Origin: Balanoglossus misakiensis
Taxonomy: Eukaryota; Animalia; Hemichordata
Length of the DNA: 64,000 nucleotides
Direction: 5' to 3'
NCBI GenBank assembly: GCA_040954595.2
Contig: CM082577.2
Span: 3,720,305-3,784,304 of the forward strand
This document shows, piece by piece, positions 19,501-33,587 of this stretch. How positions within the stretch are numbered: position 1 is the first letter of the stretch; every line of letters starts with the position of its first letter. A program made the position numbers and the translations under genes. The notes under the pieces were generated by a model. That model ran no database searches and had not been told where the DNA came from. It worked only from the letters and a program-made list of their open reading frames with translations.

Positions 19501-22500
19501 ATAACCCATGATTTTTTCAAAAATGAAGAAATTTTGAAAATTCACAAAGACGAAAAATTGTCATTTTTTATGATTTTCATGAGCTATAACCCATGATTTT
19601 TATTAAAAAATGAAGAAATTTTGAAAATTTACAAAGTCGAAAAACTTTCATTTTTTGATGATTTTCATGAGCTATAACCCATGATTTTTATTAAAAATTG
19701 AAGAAATTTTGAAATTTCGGAAAGTCGAAAAATTGTCATTTGTGGATGATTTTCATGAGCTATAACCCATGATTTTTTCAAAAAATGAAGAAATTTTGAA
19801 AATTCACAGAGACGAAAAATTGTCATTTTTTATGATTTTCATGAGCTATAACCCATGATTTTTATTAAAAAATGAAGAAATTTTGAAATTTCGGAAAGTC
19901 GAAAAATTGTCATTTGTGGATGATTTTCATGAGCTATAACCCATGATTTTTTCAAAAATGAAGAAATTTTGAAAATTCACAAAGACGAAAAATTGTCATT
20001 TTTTATGATTTTCATGAGCTATAACCCATGATTTTGATTAAAAAATGAAGAAATTTTGAAATTTCGGAAAGTCGAAAAATTGTCATTTGTGGATGATTTT
20101 CATGAGCTATAACCCATGATTTTTTCAAAAAATGAAGAAATTTTGAAATTTCGGAAAGTCGAAAAATTGTCATTTTTTATGATTTTCATGAGCTATAACC
20201 CATGATTTTTATTAAAAAATGAAGAAATTTTGAAAATTTACAAAGTCGAAAAACTTTCATTTTTGATGATTTTCATGACCTATAACCCATGATTTTTATT
20301 AAAAAATGAAGAAATTTTGAAATTTCGGAAAGTCGAAAAATTGTCATTTGTGGATGATTTTCATGAGCTATAACCCATGATTTTTTCAAAAAATGAAGAA
20401 ATTTTGAAAATTCACAAAGACGAAAAATTGTCATTTTTTATGATTTTCATGAGCTATAACCCATGATTTTTATTAAAAAATGAAGAAATTTTGAAATTTC
20501 GGAAAGTCGGAAAATTGTCATTTGTGGATGATTTTCATGAGCTATAACCCATGATTTTTTCAAAAAATGAAGAAATTTTGAAATTTCGGAAAGTCGAAAA
20601 ATTGTCATTTGTGGATGATTTTCATGAGCTATAACCCATGATTTTTTCAAAAATGAAGAAATTTTGAAAATTCACAAAGACGAAAAATTGTCATTTTTTA
20701 TGATTTTCATGAGCTAAAACCCATGATTTTTATTAAAAAATGAAGAAATTTTGAAAATTTACAAAGTCGAAAAACTTTCATTTTTTGATGATTTTCATGA
20801 GCTATAACCCATGATTTTTATTAAAAATTGAAGAAATTTTGAAATTTCGGAAAGTCGAAAAATTGTCATTTGTGGATGATTTTCATGAGCTATAACCCAT
20901 GATTTTTTCAAAAAATGAAGAAATTTTGAAAATTCACAAAGACGAAAAATTGTCATTTTTTATGATTTTCATGAGCTATAACCCATGATTTTTATTAAAA
21001 AATGAAGAAATTTTGAAAATTTACAAAGTCGAAAAACTTTCATTTTTTGATGATTTTCATGAGCTATAACCCATGATTTTTTCAAAAAATGAAGAAATTT
21101 TGAAATTTCGGAAAGTCGAAAAATTGTCATTTGTGGATGATTTTCATGAGCTATAACCCATGATTTTTTTCAAAAAATGAAGAAATTTTGAAATTTCGGA
21201 AAGTCGAAAAATTGTCATTTGTGGATGATTTTCATGAGCTATAACCCATGATTTTTTCAAAAAATGAAGAAATTTTGAAAATTAACAAAGACGAAAAATT
21301 GTCATTTTTTATGATTTTCATGAGCTATAACCCATGATTTTTATTAAAATATGAAGAAATTTTGAAATTTCGGAAAGTCGAAAAATTGTCATTTGTGGAT
21401 GATTTTCATGAGCTATAACCCATGATTTTTTCAAAAAATGAAGAAATTTTGAAATTTCGGAAAGTCGAAAAATTGTCATTTGTGGATGATTTTCATGAGC
21501 TATAACCCATGATTTTTTCAAAAATGAAGAAATTTTGAAAATTCACAAAGACGAAAAATTGTCATTTTTTATGATTTTCATGAGCTATAACCCATGATTT
21601 TTATTAAAAAATGAAGAAATTTTGAAAATTTACAAAGTCGAAAAACTTTCATTTTTTGATGATTTTCATGAGCTATAACCCATGATTTTTATTAAAAATT
21701 GAAGAAATTTTGAAATTTCGGAAAGTCGAAAAATTGTCATTTGTGGATGATTTTCATGAGCTATAACCCATGATTTTTTCAAAAAATGAAGAAATTTTGA
21801 AAATTCACAAAGACGAAAAATTGTCATTTTTTATGATTTTCATGAGCTATAACCCATGATTTTTATTAAAAAATGAAGAAATTTTGAAATTTCGGAAAGT
21901 CGAAAAATTGTCATTTGTGGATGATTTTCATGAGCTATAACCCATGATTTTTTCAAAAAATGAAGAAATTTTGAAATTTCGGAAAGTCGAAAAATTGTCA
22001 TTTTTTATGATTTTCATGAGCTATAACCCATGATTTTTATTAAAAAATGAAGAAATTTTGAAAATTTACAAAGTCGAAAAACTTTCATTTTTGATGATTT
22101 TCATGACCTATAACCCATGATTTTTATTAAAAAATGAAGAAATTTTGAAATTTCGGAAAGTCGAAAAATTGTCATTTGTGGATGATTTTCATGAGCTATA
22201 ACCCATGATTTTTTCAAAAAATGAAGAAATTTTGAAAATTCACAAAGACGAAAAATTGTCATTTTTTACGATTTTCATGAGCTATAACCCATGATTTTGA
22301 TTAAAAAATGAAGAAATTTTGAAAATTTACAAAGTCGAAAAACTTTCATTTTTTGATGATTTTCATGAGCTATAACCCATGATTTTTATTAAAAAATGAA
22401 GAAATTTTGAAATTTCGGAAAGTCGAAAAATTGTCATTTGTGGATGATTTTCATGAGCTATAACCCATGATTTTTTCAAAAATGAAGAAATTTTGAAAAT

Positions 22501-25500
22501 TCACAAAGACGAAAAATTGTCATTTTTTTTGATTTTCATGAGCTATAACCCATGATTTTTATTAAAAAATGAAGAAATTTTGAAATTTCGGAAAGTCGAA
22601 AAATTGTCATTTGTGGATGATTTGCATGAGCTATAACCCATGATTTTTTCAAAAAATGAAGAAATTTTGAAATTTCGGAAAGTCGAAAAATTGTCATGTG
22701 TGGATGATTTTCATGAGCTATAACCCATGATTTTTTCAAAAAATGAAGAAATTTTGAAATTTCGGAAAGTCGAAAAATTGTCATTTGTGGATGATTTTCA
22801 TGAGCTATAACCCATGATTTTTTCAAAAAATGAAGAAATTTTGAAATTTCGGAAAGTCGAAAAATTGTCATTTGTGAATGATTTTCATGAGCTATAACCC
22901 ATGATTTTTTCAAAAAATGAAGAAATTTTGAAATTTCGGAAAGTCGAAAAATTGTCATTTGTGGATGATTTTCATGAGCTATAACCCATGATTTTTTCAA
23001 AAAATGAAGAAATTTTGAAATTTCGGAAAGTCGAAAAATTGTCATTTTTTATGATTTTCATGAGCTATAACCCATGATTTTTTCAAAAAATGAAGAAATT
23101 TTGAAATTTCGGAAAGTCGAAAAATTGCCATTTTTTGATGATTTTCATGAGCTATAACCCATGATTTTTATTAAAAAATGAAGAAATTTTGAAAATTTAC
23201 AAAGTCGAAAAATTTTCATTTGTTGATGATTTTCATGACCTATAACCCATGATTTTTATTAAAAAATGAAGAAATTTTGAAATTTCGGAAAGTCGAAAAA
23301 TTGTCATTTGTGGATGATTTTCATGAGCTATAACCCATGATTTTTTCACAAAATGAAGAAATTTTGAAAATTCACAAAGTCGAAAAATTGTCATTTGTGG
23401 ATGATTTTCATGAGCTATAACCCATGATTTTTTCAAAAAATGAAGAAATTTTGAAATTTCGGAAAGACGAAAAATTGTCATGTGTGGATGATTTTCATGA
23501 GCTATAACCCATGATTTTTTCAAAAAATGAAGAAATTTCGAAATTTCGGAAAGTCGAAAAATTGTCATTTGTGGATGATTTTCATGAGCTATAACCCATG
23601 ATTTTTTCAAAAAATGAAGAAATTTCGAAATTTCGGAAAGTCGAAAAATTGTCATTTGTGGATGATTTTCATGAGCTATAACCCATGATTTTTTCAAAAA
23701 ATGAAGAAATTTCGAAATTTCGGAAAGTCGAAAAACTTTCATTTTTTGATGATTTTCATGAGCTATAACCCATGATTTTTTCAAAAAATGAAGAAATTTC
23801 GAAATTTCGGAAAGTCGAAAAATTGTCATTTGTGGATGATTTTCATGAGCTATAACCCATGATTTTTTCAAAAAATGAAGAAATTTTGAAATTTCGGAAA
23901 GTCGAAAAATTGTCATTTGTGAATGATTTTCATGAGCTATAACCCATGATTTTTTCAAAAAATGAAGAAATTTTGAAATTTCGGAAAGTCGAAAAATTGT
24001 CATTTGTGGATGATTTTCATGAGCTATAACCCATGATTTTTTCAAAAAATGAAGAAATTTTGAAATCTCGGAAAGTCGAAAAATTGTCATTTGTGGATGA
24101 TTTTCATGAGCTATAACCCATGATTTTTTCAAAAAATGAAAAAATTTTGAAAATTCACAAAGACGAAAAATTGTCATTTGTTATGATTTTCATGAGCTAT
24201 AACCCATGATTTTTATTAAAAAATGAAGAAATTTTGAAATTTCGGGAAGTCGAAAAATTGCCATTTTTTGATGATTTTCATGAGCTATAACCCATGATTT
24301 TTATTAAAAAATGAAGAAATTTTGAAAATTCACAAAGACGAAAAATTGTCATTTTTTTATGATTTTCATGAGCTATGACCCATGATTTTTATTAAAAAAT
24401 GAAGAAATTTTGACAATTTACAAAGTCGAAAAATTTTCATTTTTGATGATTTTCATGACCTATAACCCATGATTTTTATTAAAAAATGAAGAAATTTTGA
24501 AATTTCGGAAAGTCGAAAAATTGTCATTTGTGGATGATTTTCATGACCTATAACCCATGATTTTTATTAAAAAATGAAGAAATTTTGAAATTTCGGAAAG
24601 TCGAAAAATTGTCATTTGTGGATGATTTTCATGAGCTATAACCCATGATTTTTTCAAAAAATGAAGAAATTTTGAAATCTCGGAAAGTCGAAAAATTGTC
24701 ATTTGTGGATGATTTTCATGAGCTATAACCCATGATTTTTTCAAAAAATGAAGAAATTTTGAAATTTCGGAAAGTCGAAAAATTGTCATTTGTGAATGAT
24801 TTTCATGAGCTATAACCCATGATTTTTTCAAAAAATGAAGAAATTTTGAAATTTCGGAAAGTCGAAAAATTGTCATTTGTGGATGATTTTCATGAGCTAT
24901 AACCCATGATTTTTTCAAAAAATGAAGAAATTTTGAAATTTCGGAAAGTCGAAAAATTGCCATTTTTTGATGATTTTCATGAGCTATAACCCATGATTTT
25001 TATTAAAAAATGAAGAAATTTTGAAAATTCACAAAGACGAAAAATTGTCATTTTATTATGATTTTCATGAGCTATAACCCATGATTTTTATTAAAAAATG
25101 AAGAAATTTTGAAAATTTACAAAGTCGAAAAATTTTCATTTGTTGATGATTTTCATGACCTATAACCCATGATTTTTTCAAAAAATGAAGAAATTTTGAA
25201 ATCTCGGAAAGTCGAAAAATTGTCATTTGTGGATGATTTTCATGAGCTATAACCCATGATTTTTTCAAAAAATGAAGAAATTTTGAAATTTCGGAAAGTC
25301 GAAAAATTGTCATTTGTGAATGATTTTCATGAGCTATAACCCATGATTTTTTCAAAAAATGAAATTTTGAAATTTCGGAAAGTCGAAAAATTGTCATTTG
25401 TGGATGATTTTCATGAGCTATAACCCATGATTTTTTCAAAAAATGAAGAAATTTTGAAATCTCGGAAAGTCGAAAAATTGTCATTTGTGGATGATTTTCA

Positions 25501-28500
25501 TGAGCTATAACCCATGATTTTTTCAAAAAATGAAAAAATTTTGAAAATTTACAAAGACGAAAAATTGTCATTTGTTATGATTTTCATGAGCTATAACCCA
25601 TGATTTTTATTAAAAAATGAAGAAATTTTGAAAATTCACAAAGACGAAAAATTGTCATTTTTTTATGATTTTCATGAGCTATAACCCATGATTTTTATTA
25701 AAAAATGAAGAAATTTTGAAAATTTCGGAAAGTCGAAAAATTGTCATTTGTGGATGATTTTCATGAGCTATAACCCATGATTTTTTCAAAAAATGAAGAA
25801 ATTTTGAAATTTCGGGAAGTCGAAAAATTGCCATTTTTTGATGATTTTCATGAGCTATAACCCATGATTTTTATTTAAAAATGAAGAAATTTTGAAAATT
25901 CACAAAGACGAAAAATTGTCATTTTTTTATGATTTTCATGAGCTATAACCCATGATTTTTATTAAAAAATGAAGAAATTTTGAAAATTTACAAAGTCGAA
26001 AAATTTTCATTTTTGATGATTTTCATGACCTATAACCCATGATTTTTATTAAAAAATGAAGAAATTTTGAAATTTCGGAAAGTCGAAAAATTGTCATTTG
26101 TGGATGATTTTCATGAGCTATAACCCATGATTTTTTCAAAAAATGAAGAAATTTTGAAATCTCGGAAAGTCGAAAAATTGTCATTTGTGGATGATTTTCA
26201 TGAGCTATAACCCATGACTTTTTCAAAAAATGAAGAAATTTTGAAATTTCGGAAAGTCGAAAAATTGTCATGTGTGGATGATTTTCATGAGCTATAACCC
26301 ATGATTTTTTCAAAAAATGAAGAAATTTCGAAATTTCGGAAAGTCGAAAAATTGTCATTTGTGGATGATTTTCATGAGCTATAACCCATGATTTTTTCAA
26401 AAAATGAAGAAATTTTGAAATTTCGGAAAGTCGAAAAATTGTCATTTGTGAATGATTTTCATGAGCTATAACCCATGATTTTTTCAAAAAATGAAGAAAT
26501 TTTGAAATTTCGGAAAGTCGAAAAATTGTCATTTGTGGATGATTTTCATGAGCTATAACCCATGATTTTTTCAAAAAATGAAGAAATTTTGAAATTTCGG
26601 GAAGTCGAAAAATTGCCATTTTTTGATGATTTTCATGAGCTATAACCCATGATTTTTATTAAAAAATGAAGAAATTTTGAAAATTCACAAAGAAGAAAAA
26701 TTGTCATTTTTTTATGATTTTCATGAGCTATAACCCATGATTTTTATTAAAAAATGAAGAAATTTTGAAAATTTACAAAGTCGAAAAATTTTCATTTTTG
26801 ATGATTTTCATGACCTATAACCCATGATTTTTATTAAAAAATGAAGAAATTTTGAAATTTCGGAAAGTCGAAAAATTGTCATTTGTGGATGATTTTCATG
26901 ACCTATAACCCATGATTTTTATTAAAAAATGAAGAAATTTTGAAATTTCGGAAAGTCGAAAAATTGTCATTTGCGGATGATTTTCATGAGCTATAACCCA
27001 TGATTTTTTCAAAAAATAAAGAAATTTTGAAATCTCGGAAAGTCGAAAAATTGTCATTTGTGGATGATTTTCATGAGCTATAACCCATGATTTTTTCAAA
27101 AAATGAAGAAATTTTGAAATTTCGGAAAGTCGAAAAATTTTCATTTGTGAATGATTTTCATGAGCTATAACCCATGATTTTTTCAAAAAATGAAGAAATT
27201 TTGAAATTTCGGAAAGTCGAAAAATTGTCATTTGTGGATGATTTTCATGAGCTATAACCCATGATTTTTTCAAAAAATGAAGAAATTTTGAAATTTCGGA
27301 AAGTCGAAAAATTGCCATTTTTTGATGATTTTCATGAGCTATAACCCATGATTTTTATTAAAAAATGAAGAAATTTTGAAAATTCACAAAGACGAAAAAT
27401 TGTCATTTTTTTATGATTTTCATGAGCTATAACCCATGATTTTTATTAAAAAATGAAGAAATTTTGAAAATTTACAAAGTCGAAAAATTTTCATTTGTTG
27501 ATGATTTTCATGACCTATAACCCATGATTTTTATTAAAAAATGAAAAAATTTTGAAATTTCGGAAAGTCGAAAAATTGTCATTTGTGGATGATTTTCATG
27601 AGCTATAACCCATGATTTTTTCAAAAAATGAAGAAATTTTGAAATTTCGGGAAGTCGAAAAATTGCCATTTTTTGATGATTTTCATGAGCTATAACCCAT
27701 GATTTTTATTTAAAAATGAAGAAATTTTGAAAATTCACAAAGACGAAAAATTGTCATTTTTTTATGATTTTCATGAGCTATAACCCATGATTTTTATTAA
27801 AAAATGAAGAAATTTTGAAAATTTACAAAGTCGAAAAATTTTCATTTTTGATGATTTTCATGACCTATAACCCATGATTTTTATTAAAAAATGAAGAAAT
27901 TTTGAAATTTCGGAAAGTCGAAAAATTGTCATTTGTGGATGATTTTCATGAGCTATAACCCATGATTTTTTCAAAAAATGAAGAAATTTTGAAATCTCGG
28001 AAAGTCGAAAAATTGTCATTTGTGGATGATTTTCATGAGCTATAACCCATGATTTTTTCAAAAAATGAAGAAATTTTGAAATTTCGGAAAGTCGAAAAAT
28101 TGTCATTTGTGAATGATTTTCATGAGCTATAACCCATGATTTTTTCAAAAAATGAAATTTTGAAATTTCGGAAAGTCGAAAAATTGTCATTTGTGGATGA
28201 TTTTCATGAGCTATAACCCATGATTTTTTCAAAAAATGAAGAAATTTTGAAATCTCGGAAAGTCGAAAAATTGTCATTTGTGGATGATTTTCATGAGCTA
28301 TAACCCATGATTTTTTCAAAAAATGAAAAAATTTTGAAAATTTACAAAGACGAAAAATTGTCATTTGTTATGATTTTCATGAGCTATAACCCATGATTTT
28401 TATTAAAAAATGAAGAAATTTTGAAAATTCACAAAGACGAAAAATTGTCATTTTTTTATGATTTTCATGAGCTATACCCATGATTTTTATTAAAAAATGA

Positions 28501-31500
28501 AGAAATTTTGAAAATTTACAAAGTCGAAAAATTTTCATTTGTTGATGATTTTCATGACCTATAACCCATGATTTTTATTAAAAAATGAAGAAATTTTGAA
28601 ATTTCGGAAAGTCGAAAAATTGTCATTTGTGGATGATTTTCATGAGCTATAACCCATGATTTTTTCAAAAAATGAAGAAATTTTGAAATTTCGGGAAGTC
28701 GAAAAATTGCCATTTTTTGATGATTTTCATGAGCTACAACCCATGATTTTTATTTAAAAATGAAGAAATTTTGAAAATTCACAAAGACGAAAAATTGTCA
28801 TTTTTTTATGATTTTCATGAGCTATAACCCATGATTTTTATTAAAAAATGAAGAAATTTTGAAAATTTACAAAGTCGAAAAATTTTCATTTTTGATGATT
28901 TTCATGACCTATAACCCATGATTTTTATTAAAAAATGAAGAAATTTTGAAATTTCGGAAAGTCGAAAAATTGTCATTTGTGGATGATTTTCATGAGCTAT
29001 AACCCATGATTTTTTCAAAAAATGAAGAAATTTTGAAATCTCGGAAAGTCGAAAAATTGTCATTTGTGGATGATTTTCATGAGCTATAACCCATGATTTT
29101 TTCAAAAAATGAAGAAATTTTGAAATTTCGGAAAGTCGAAAAATTGTCATTTGTGAATGATTTTCATGAGCTATAACCCATGATTTTTTCAAAAAATGAA
29201 ATTTTGAAATTTCGGAAAGTCGAAAAATTGTCATTTGTGGATGATTTTCATGAGCTATAACCCATGATTTTTTCAAAAAATGAAGAAATTTTGAAATCTC
29301 GGAAAGTCGAAAAATTGTCATTTGTGGATGATTTTCATGAGCTATAACCCATGATTTTTTCAAAAAATGAAAAAATTTTGAAAATTTACAAAGACGAAAA
29401 ATTGTCATTTGTTATGATTTTCATGAGCTATAACCCATGATTTTTATTAAAAAATGAAGAAATTTTGAAAATTCACAAAGACGAAAAATTGTCATTTTTT
29501 TATGATTTTCATGAGCTATAACCCATGATTTTTATTAAAAAATGAAGAAATTTTGAAAATTTACAAAGTCGAAAAATTTTCATTTGTTGATGATTTTCAT
29601 GACCTATAACCCATGATTTTTATTAAAAAATGAAGAAATTTTGAAATTTCGGAAAGTCGAAAAATTGTCATTTGTGGATGATTTTCATGAGCTATAACCC
29701 ATGATTTTTTCAAAAAATGAAGAAATTTTGAAATTTCGGGAAGTCGAAAAATTGCCATTTTTTGATGATTTTCATGAGCTACAACCCATGATTTTTATTT
29801 AAAAATGAAGAAATTTTGAAAATTCACAAAGACGAAAAATTGTCATTTTTTTATGATTTTCATGAGCTATAACCCATGATTTTTATTAAAAAATGAAGAA
29901 ATTTTGAAAATTTACAAAGTCGAAAAATTTTCATTTTTGATGATTTTCATGACCTATAACCCATGATTTTTATTAAAAAATGAAGAAATTTTGAAATTTC
30001 GGAAAGTCGAAAAATTGTCATTTGTGGATGATTTTCATGAGCTATAACCCATGATTTTTTCAAAAAATGAAGAAATTTTGAAATCTCGGAAAGTCGAAAA
30101 ATTGTCATTTGTGGATGATTTTCATGAGCTATAACCCATGATTTTTTCAAAAAATGAAAAAATTTTGAAAATTCACAAAGACGAAAAATTGTCATTTGTT
30201 ATGATTTTCATGAGCTATAACCCATGATTTTTATTAAAAAATGAAGAAATTTTGAAAATTTACAAAGTCGAAAAACTTTCATTTTTGGATGATTTTCATG
30301 AGCTATAACCCATGATTTTTATTAAAAAATGAAGAAATTTTGAAATTTCGGAAAGTCGAAAAATTGTCATTTGTGGATGATTTTCATGAGCTATAACCCA
30401 TGATTTTTTCAAAACATGAAGAAATTTTGAAATTTCGGAAAGTCGAAAAATTGTCATTTGTGGATGATTTTCATGAGCTATAACCCATGATTTTTTCAAA
30501 AAATGAAGAAATTTTGAAATTTCGGGAAGTCGAAAAATTGCCATTTTTTGATGATTTTCATGAGCTATAACCCATGATTTTTATTAAAAAATGAAGAAAT
30601 TTTGAAAATTCACAAAGACGAAAAATTGTCATTTTTTTATGATTTTCATGAGCTATAACCCATGATTTTTATTAAAAAATGAAGAAATTTTGAAAATTTA
30701 CAAAGTCGAAAATTTTTCATTTTTGATGATTTTCATGACCTATAACCCATGATTTTTATTAAAAAATGAAGAAATTTTGAAATTTCGGAAAGTCGAAAAA
30801 TTGTCATTTGTGGATGATTTTCATGACCTATAACCCATGATTTTTATTAAAAAATGAAGAAATTTTGAAATTTCGGAAAGTCGAAAAATTGTCATTTGCG
30901 GATGATTTTCATGAGCTATAACCCATGATTTTTTCAAAAAATGAAGAAATTTTGAAATCTCGGAAAGTCGAAAAATTGTCATTTGTGGATGATTTTCATG
31001 AGCTATAACCCATGATTTTTTCAAAAAATGAAGAAATTTTGAAATTTCGGAAAGTCGAAAAATTTTCATTTGTGAATGATTTTCATGAGCTATAACCCAT
31101 GATTTTTTCAAAAAATGAAGAAATTTTGAAATTTCGGAAAGTCGAAAAATTGTCATTTGTGGATGATTTTCATGAGCTATAACCCATGATTTTTTCAAAA
31201 AATGAAGAAATTTTGAAATTTCGGAAAGTCGAAAAATTGCCATTTTTTGATGATTTTCATGAGCTATAACCCATGATTTTTATTAAAAAATGAAGAAATT
31301 TTGAAAATTCACAAAGACGAAAAATTGTCATTTTTTTATGATTTTCATGAGCTATAACCCATGATTTTTATTAAAAAATGAAGAAATTTTGAAAATTTAC
31401 AAAGTCGAAAAATTTTCATTTGTTGATGATTTTCATGACCTATAACCCATGATTTTTATTAAAAAATGAAGAAATTTTGAAATTTCGGAAAGTCGAAAAA

Positions 31501-32206
31501 TTGTCATTTGTGGATGATTTTCATGAGCTATAACCCATGATTTTTTCAAAAAATGAAGAAATTTTGAAATCTCGGAAAGTCGAAAAATTGTCATTTGTGG
31601 ATGATTTTCATGAGCTATAACCCATGATTTTTTCAAAAAGTGAAGAAATTTTGAAATTTCGGAAAGTCGAAAAATTGTCATTTGTGGATGATTTTCATGA
31701 GCTATAACCCATGATTTTTTCAAAAAGTGAAGAAATTTTGAAATTTCGGAAAGTCGAAAAATTGTCATGTGTGGATGATTTTCATGAGCTATAACCCATG
31801 ATTTTTTCAAAAAATGAAGAAATTTTGAAATTTCGGAAAGTCGAAAAATTGTCATTTTTTGATGATTTTCATGAGCTATAAACCCATGATTTTTTATTAA
31901 AAACTGAAGAAATTTCGAAAATTCGCAAAGTCGAAAAATTGTCATTTTTGGATGATTTTCATGAGCTATAACCCATGATTTTTTATTAAAAAATGAAGAA
32001 ATTTTGAAAATTCGCAAAGTCGAAAAATTGTCATTTTTTCATGAATTTCATGAGCTATAACCCATGATTTTTATTTTAAAATGAAGAAATTTTGAAAATT
32101 CACAAAGACGAAAAATTGTCATTTTTTGCATTTTTATTAAATACAGTACTGAAGAAATTTCGAAAATTCGCATTTTTTGATGATTTTCATGATCTATAAC
32201 CCATGA
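16537..32206. repeat. Satellite DNA array, 87/88-bp AT-rich monomer, about 180 copies, about 15.7 kb
   Basis: Commonest monomer gagctataacccatgattttttcaaaaaatgaagaaattttgaaatttcggaaagtcgaaaaattgtcatttgtggatgattttcat, repeated head-to-tail with a small set of recurrent variants. Copy number estimated as length/87. Confidence 0.98.
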
Positions 32207-32211
32207 TCCAT

Positions 32212-32452
32212 ATGCATGGATTATAGCTCATGAACACTCAAAAAATGACAAAATCTTGACTTTGGAAATTTTGGTCATTTTGGTATTTTCATGTCAGATG
32301 CATGGATTATAGCTCATGAACGCTCAAAAAATGACAAAATCTTGACTTTGGAAATTTTGGTCATTTTAGCATTTTCATGTCAGATGCATGGATTATAGCT
32401 CATGAACGCTCAAAAAAATGACAAAATCTTGACTTTGGAAATTTTGGACATT
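32212..32452. repeat. About 2.8 diverged 86-bp satellite monomers in inverted orientation
   Basis: atgcatggattatagctcatgaac.ctcaaaaaatgacaaaatcttgactttggaaatttt starts at 32212, 32298 and 32384. It matches the reverse complement of the main monomer (catgggttatagctcatgaaaatcatcaaaaaatgacaatttttcgactttgtaaatttt). Confidence 0.92.
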
Positions 32453-33587
32453 GGCACTACACAATACTTCAAGGGCTGTAAGTGCACGTCACATTCTCGT
32501 GCCGCGGCCATTTCGGAATTCTTCAGTCGGCGAGAGAAATTCGATGCATCCCTGGAATAAAAAAAACAGAGATATTTAACAACAAATGGTTGTTCCATTT
32601 TAATTCAGTGGAAATTGTTGAATATTTTCCAGCGGCGGCCATGTGTTGCTGGGGCGTGGTAAAACACTCGCCCGGCGCGTGTACTATCGACTTACAACAT
32701 GGTATATATCATAACGATAAAATTAATCACAGGAGATTTAAAAAATTACTTCATATAATACTTTGACGTTGGTTTGATGTACACATCAGTGTTCTGGGTG
32801 GAAAGTCCTCCACACTGAGTGTGTGGTTCATTCTTTTTTGTTTTGACCATCCATCGCTTCATAGGCAAAACAAACTTACCGTTTGGTCATGATGTGAATT
32901 TCGTAAAAATCATTTTCAAGTTAACTACCTTTTCACTTTGCTCGACTAATTACCCTTTGGCTGTACGCGTATACCTCGCACTCGATGGTCCAAGACCAGC
33001 TTTGATGTAATATATTATGTAATTATTAAATATAATAAAGGACTTTGGTTTTGTTTTTTTGTTTCAGTGCAGCTGTAAAAATCTAATTACCAGCTGTGTG
33101 TGGTATCCGTTTCAAAACTGGATGCATTACATCACCAGAGTATATTCGGCGGCGTGTAAATCAAAATAGGTTTTAATAAACTACATGTACGGCCTCGCAT
33201 AAAATGGTGTTGCGAATTAATCCGTCTTAGCTAGTACCCTTGGCAACTGTTTTCAAGTTATGGCAAAAAAATTAAGACGATTCTGCACTTATTTCAACTC
33301 ATCGTTCAAAAGCAGACTCGCCATTCGCGTTTTCATGGTGCATGCATTCCGACGAAAACGGATTATACTTCGTGGTGAACAGAACCCAGTTGCCAATCAA
33401 GTGAGTCAATCTTTCCGCATTCAATATCGTGCCATTGCCGTCGGCTGAAGGACATCGCGAGGAAGTGAACTGCATGACCAGGGAACACACAGAGGCTTCT
33501 GAGAAACGCATGTACTCAAAAAAGTTCGATGAATAATTTGCCTTGAAAGGGGAGAGAATCGCTTCTCAGTAGAAAACTGACAAAGGG

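Noticed and set aside
16882-32017. Many minus-strand ORFs made of a 29-aa repeat (MTIFRLSEISKFLHFLKKSWVIAHENHPQ), up to 314 aa
   Set aside because: A by-product of an 87-bp (3x29) monomer lacking a stop in one frame. The frame is broken by every 86- or 88-bp variant and there is no unique N- or C-terminal domain.
16537-32206. CRISPR-like appearance (constant core alternating with variable segments)
   Set aside because: The variable parts are a few recurrent point variants of one sequence, not unique spacers. No cas genes, and the context is eukaryotic.
16500-32480. Whole array as a single TSD-flanked transposon insertion
   Set aside because: No target-site duplication or distinct terminal inverted repeat is visible at 16536 and 32453. 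Kept only as a hypothesis in the findings.
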